Below, in pieces: positions 60,036 to 62,076 of a stretch of 62,076 nucleotides of DNA. Every line of letters starts with the position of its first letter. The first letter of the stretch is position 1. Below the pieces are notes generated by a model. The model was not told the DNA's origin, did not search any database, and saw only the letters and a list, made by a program, of their open reading frames with translations. Position numbers and translations under genes: made by a program. The DNA lies in assembly GCA_902800645.1 (NCBI GenBank), contig CADCFC010000001.1:188907-250982 (forward strand), in the 5' to 3' direction. Source of the stretch: an uncultured Erysipelotrichaceae bacterium (GTDB lineage: Bacteria > Bacillota_I > Bacilli_A > RFN20 > CAG-826).

Positions 60036-60107
60036 TCGTATATGAGATTGTGAAGTTTGTACATGAGATGCTCGTTTTTCGTACATCAATCAAAAATTTT
60101 CGTACAT
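60036..60107 (+). repeat. Four phased T(C/T)GTA(C/T)AT motifs
   Basis: GTA(C/T)AT cores start at 60038, 60059, 60081 and 60102 (spacing 21, 22, 21). Confidence 0.7.
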
Positions 60108-60243
60108 TGAAATTATAGCAGTTTTATCGTGTAACGATAGGACATTGTTTTCAGTGGGCGAGATTTTATCCTTTTTGGACTTCTCACAGATTACTAAAAC
60201 CGATAATGCACCAAACGATGGCTAGCAAAGATACTGAAGGATG

Positions 60244-60276
60244 AAAAAAGGCCGAAGCACACATGGGCATCGGCCT
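60244..60276 (-). terminator. GC-rich terminator after the cargo gene
   Basis: AGGCCGATGC...GCTTCGGCCT-TTTTT. Confidence 0.75.
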
Positions 60277-60299
60277 AAATTCGTAGTTAATCGTGACCT

Positions 60300-60881
60300 C
60301 TAGCAGGAATATGAGATCGTGAGTGAGGTGATGGTAACGCTGCCCTCCATAACACTAAACGACGGACATTTGGAAGGGGTAATTGATGGAACTTCGTATG
60401 GTTTCCCGCTTTCGACCATATGGATATGCTTATCCATGCTTTCAAAGTTCACGTCCACGGGTAATTCGGGTCCTTCGGGTCCTTCGGGTTGTTCTCCTTT
60501 GCTCGAGTAAGAAATCTCGAAGCCAGTGATGGTGGAGAACTCATAGGCGCGCCCCACCAATACGTCCTCGATGTCAAAGAGGCAGAGTTCCATGAAGGAA
60601 GCGCCTTTGAAGGTGAAGGACGCCTCGTCGTTGTAGCACCCCACCATGCCGACCTTGTTGCCATTATCGGTTGCCGTGGTAAAGACGATGAATTCTTGTC
60701 CATATACATCCACCACCTCAGATGAGGTGTTGCTTTCGTTGAAGGTGACGCTGTATTCTTTTGGATCAGATTTTACTTGTAAATAGCTTAGATGATTTTT
60801 TATTCCACTTAATGTAACAACGGAAATACCAACTAAAAAAAGCGTTCCCATTAAAGCTGATAATACTGCCATTTTCTTCAT
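60300..60881 (-). CDS. Exported hypothetical protein ending in ITSLTISYSC
   Basis: MKK + hydrophobic signal/anchor, AAGGAG SD, own terminator; same termini pattern as 56919..57647. Confidence 0.75.
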   Translation of the reverse strand: MKKMAVLSALMGTLFLVGISVVTLSGIKNHLSYLQVKSDPKEYSVTFNESNTSSEVVDVYGQEFIVFTTATDNGNKVGMVGCYNDEASFTFKGASFMELCLFDIEDVLVGRAYEFSTITGFEISYSSKGEQPEGPEGPELPVDVNFESMDKHIHMVESGKPYEVPSITPSKCPSFSVMEGSVTITSLTISYSC

Positions 60882-61026
60882 ATTTTCTTTAAACTCCTTT
60901 AAATAAAATAATCAACTAATTTCTTTTATTTTATAGGAGGAAGAAATGATGAGCAAGCACTATGTGCTAGAGTGCCATTTTTTTAATAATTTGATATTCT
61001 TACCACATTGCTGGAGGTAATGTAAA

Positions 61027-62019
61027 ATGATTAAGAAAGCTCGGTTATTAGAAGAGAATACGAAGCTAATAAGAAAGATTTTTATCTTTGAACATATTGG
61101 AATTGGTTACAATGCTTCAATTCAAGAAAAAGAAGAGGCTACCAAAAGATTTCTTGAATTAAATCCAACTTTTACCGCATATGAAGTATGTACCACTATC
61201 GGTTTATCAAGAGGAACTTTTTATAATTATCTTCATCACAAAGTTGAAGAAACCGTATATGCGAAGAATGAGAAGCTACTCACCAAAGAAATAATTAGAA
61301 TTTTTAACGAATCCAAAGGACTATATGGGCAAAACAGAATTCGAATAGTGTTAAGGCAAAAAGGAATTAACACTACTACAGTTACAATTTCCAAAATAAT
61401 GAAAGAGAATAATTTAAAAGTTAAAAGAGTTATTCAAAGACCATCAGCAAAAGAAAACAACAAAAAGAAGAAAGCTAACTATAAAATAAATCTTTTAAAA
61501 CAACAGTTTAATCAAACATCTCCAAATAAAGTTTGGGTATCGGATTTTTTAGAATTAAAAGTTAATTCTGTAAAGTTTTATATATGTGCAATACTAGACC
61601 TATATTCACGAAAAGTTATCGCCTGGAGATTATCACATAAAAGAAACGAAAAACTTGCGATAAATACATTTAAAGATGCATTTGAAAATAGAAACGAACC
61701 AGAAGGATTGGTTTTTCACACGGACCAAGGTGGAGAATTCACCTCTAAGGCATTTATGACTACTTTAAAGATGTTAGGCGTTTCTCAATCCTTTTCTTTT
61801 CCTGGTAATCCATACGACAACGCAGTTATGGAAAGCTTTTATTCAACTTTAAGGAAAGAAGAAATCAATATTAATATTGATAAATATGAAAATTCACTCA
61901 TAATCAAACAATATCTAGAAAAATATATCCACTATTACAACGAACAGAGAATTCATACTGCAATTGGAATGTCGCCAGACCAGAAAGAGGGTCAAAAAAA
62001 TTATTTATTAAATAAATAA
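61027..62019 (+). CDS. IS3-family-like DDE transposase/integrase (single ORF, no OrfA seen)
   Basis: LSRGTFY, YGQNRI, PNKVWVSDF, LDLYSRKVIAW, FHTDQGGEF, DNAVMESF, YYNEQRIH; GGAGGT SD. Confidence 0.92.
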   Translation: MIKKARLLEENTKLIRKIFIFEHIGIGYNASIQEKEEATKRFLELNPTFTAYEVCTTIGLSRGTFYNYLHHKVEETVYAKNEKLLTKEIIRIFNESKGLYGQNRIRIVLRQKGINTTTVTISKIMKENNLKVKRVIQRPSAKENNKKKKANYKINLLKQQFNQTSPNKVWVSDFLELKVNSVKFYICAILDLYSRKVIAWRLSHKRNEKLAINTFKDAFENRNEPEGLVFHTDQGGEFTSKAFMTTLKMLGVSQSFSFPGNPYDNAVMESFYSTLRKEEININIDKYENSLIIKQYLEKYIHYYNEQRIHTAIGMSPDQKEGQKNYLLNK

Positions 62020-62043
62020 AAGAGATTCGTTGGTTCGAATCTC
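62014..62043 (-). terminator. Terminator oriented for a minus-strand transcript entering from the right repeat
   Basis: Minus strand GAGATTCG-AACCAA-CGAATCTC-TTTTATTT; no T-tract on the plus side. Confidence 0.6.
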
Positions 62044-62057
62044 AATAGTGTTCCATA

Positions 62058-62076
62058 TGGCTCTCTTGTTCGATTT
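62058..62076. repeat. 19-bp direct repeat, right copy (truncated by window end)
   Basis: TGGCTCTCTTGTTCGATTT. Confidence 0.9.

Larger units (their letters stand above)
60009..62076. mobile_element. Candidate integrative element: IS3-like DDE transposase plus cargo gene between direct repeats
   Basis: Direct repeats at both ends, transposase gene, GC-shifted cargo, phased motifs at the left end. Confidence 0.6.

Noticed and set aside
60009-60090. Intact tRNA gene on the minus strand
   Set aside because: Only the acceptor-end-like 11 nt fit; the T-arm is degenerate and no D or anticodon arm can be folded
60465-60490. 9-bp tandem repeat TTCGGGTCC x~3
   Set aside because: Encodes a short PEGPEGPE linker; in frame and not a phase-variation tract
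1-62076. Mycoplasma-type genetic code 4
   Set aside because: Long conserved genes are open under code 11 with TGG for Trp, and TGA ends comEC and the MATE gene at expected positions

Overview
AT-rich bacterial DNA using genetic code 11 (TGA is a stop, e.g. comEC and the MATE gene), with Bacillota/Bacilli-type genes. Gene content and style suggest a reduced, anaerobic gut/rumen Bacilli lineage such as RF39/RFN20 (inference). Bases 1-45.7k are mostly housekeeping on the minus strand: lepA, fmt, rpsT, holA, comEA/comEC, greA, alaS with an Ala T-box, a flavodoxin-flavodiiron-rubredoxin operon (the rubredoxin is missing from the ORF track), mnmA, dtd, pdp, ftsK, RNase J, pnp, rpsO and the rimP-nusA-infB-rbfA-truB-ribF cluster. 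Bases 45.8k-62k are an accessory and partly decaying region: LicD/acyltransferase/LRR genes, several deletion pseudogenes, a six-repeat Cys-ringed beta-flower-like protein, an Hc1-like protein, two Nif11-like double-glycine precursors with zinc-ribbon cores, and two exported proteins ending in YxC. Three of these genes share a TGTGACA-N4-TGTGACA promoter motif. The window ends in a ~2 kb element carrying an IS3-like DDE transposase plus a GC-chimeric cargo gene. It is bounded by 19-bp DIRECT repeats that resemble a tRNA 3' end, each followed by a terminator on the minus strand, with four ~21.5-bp-phased motifs inside the left end. This candidate tRNA-targeting DDE island and the Nif11/zinc-ribbon regulon are the most interesting signals.
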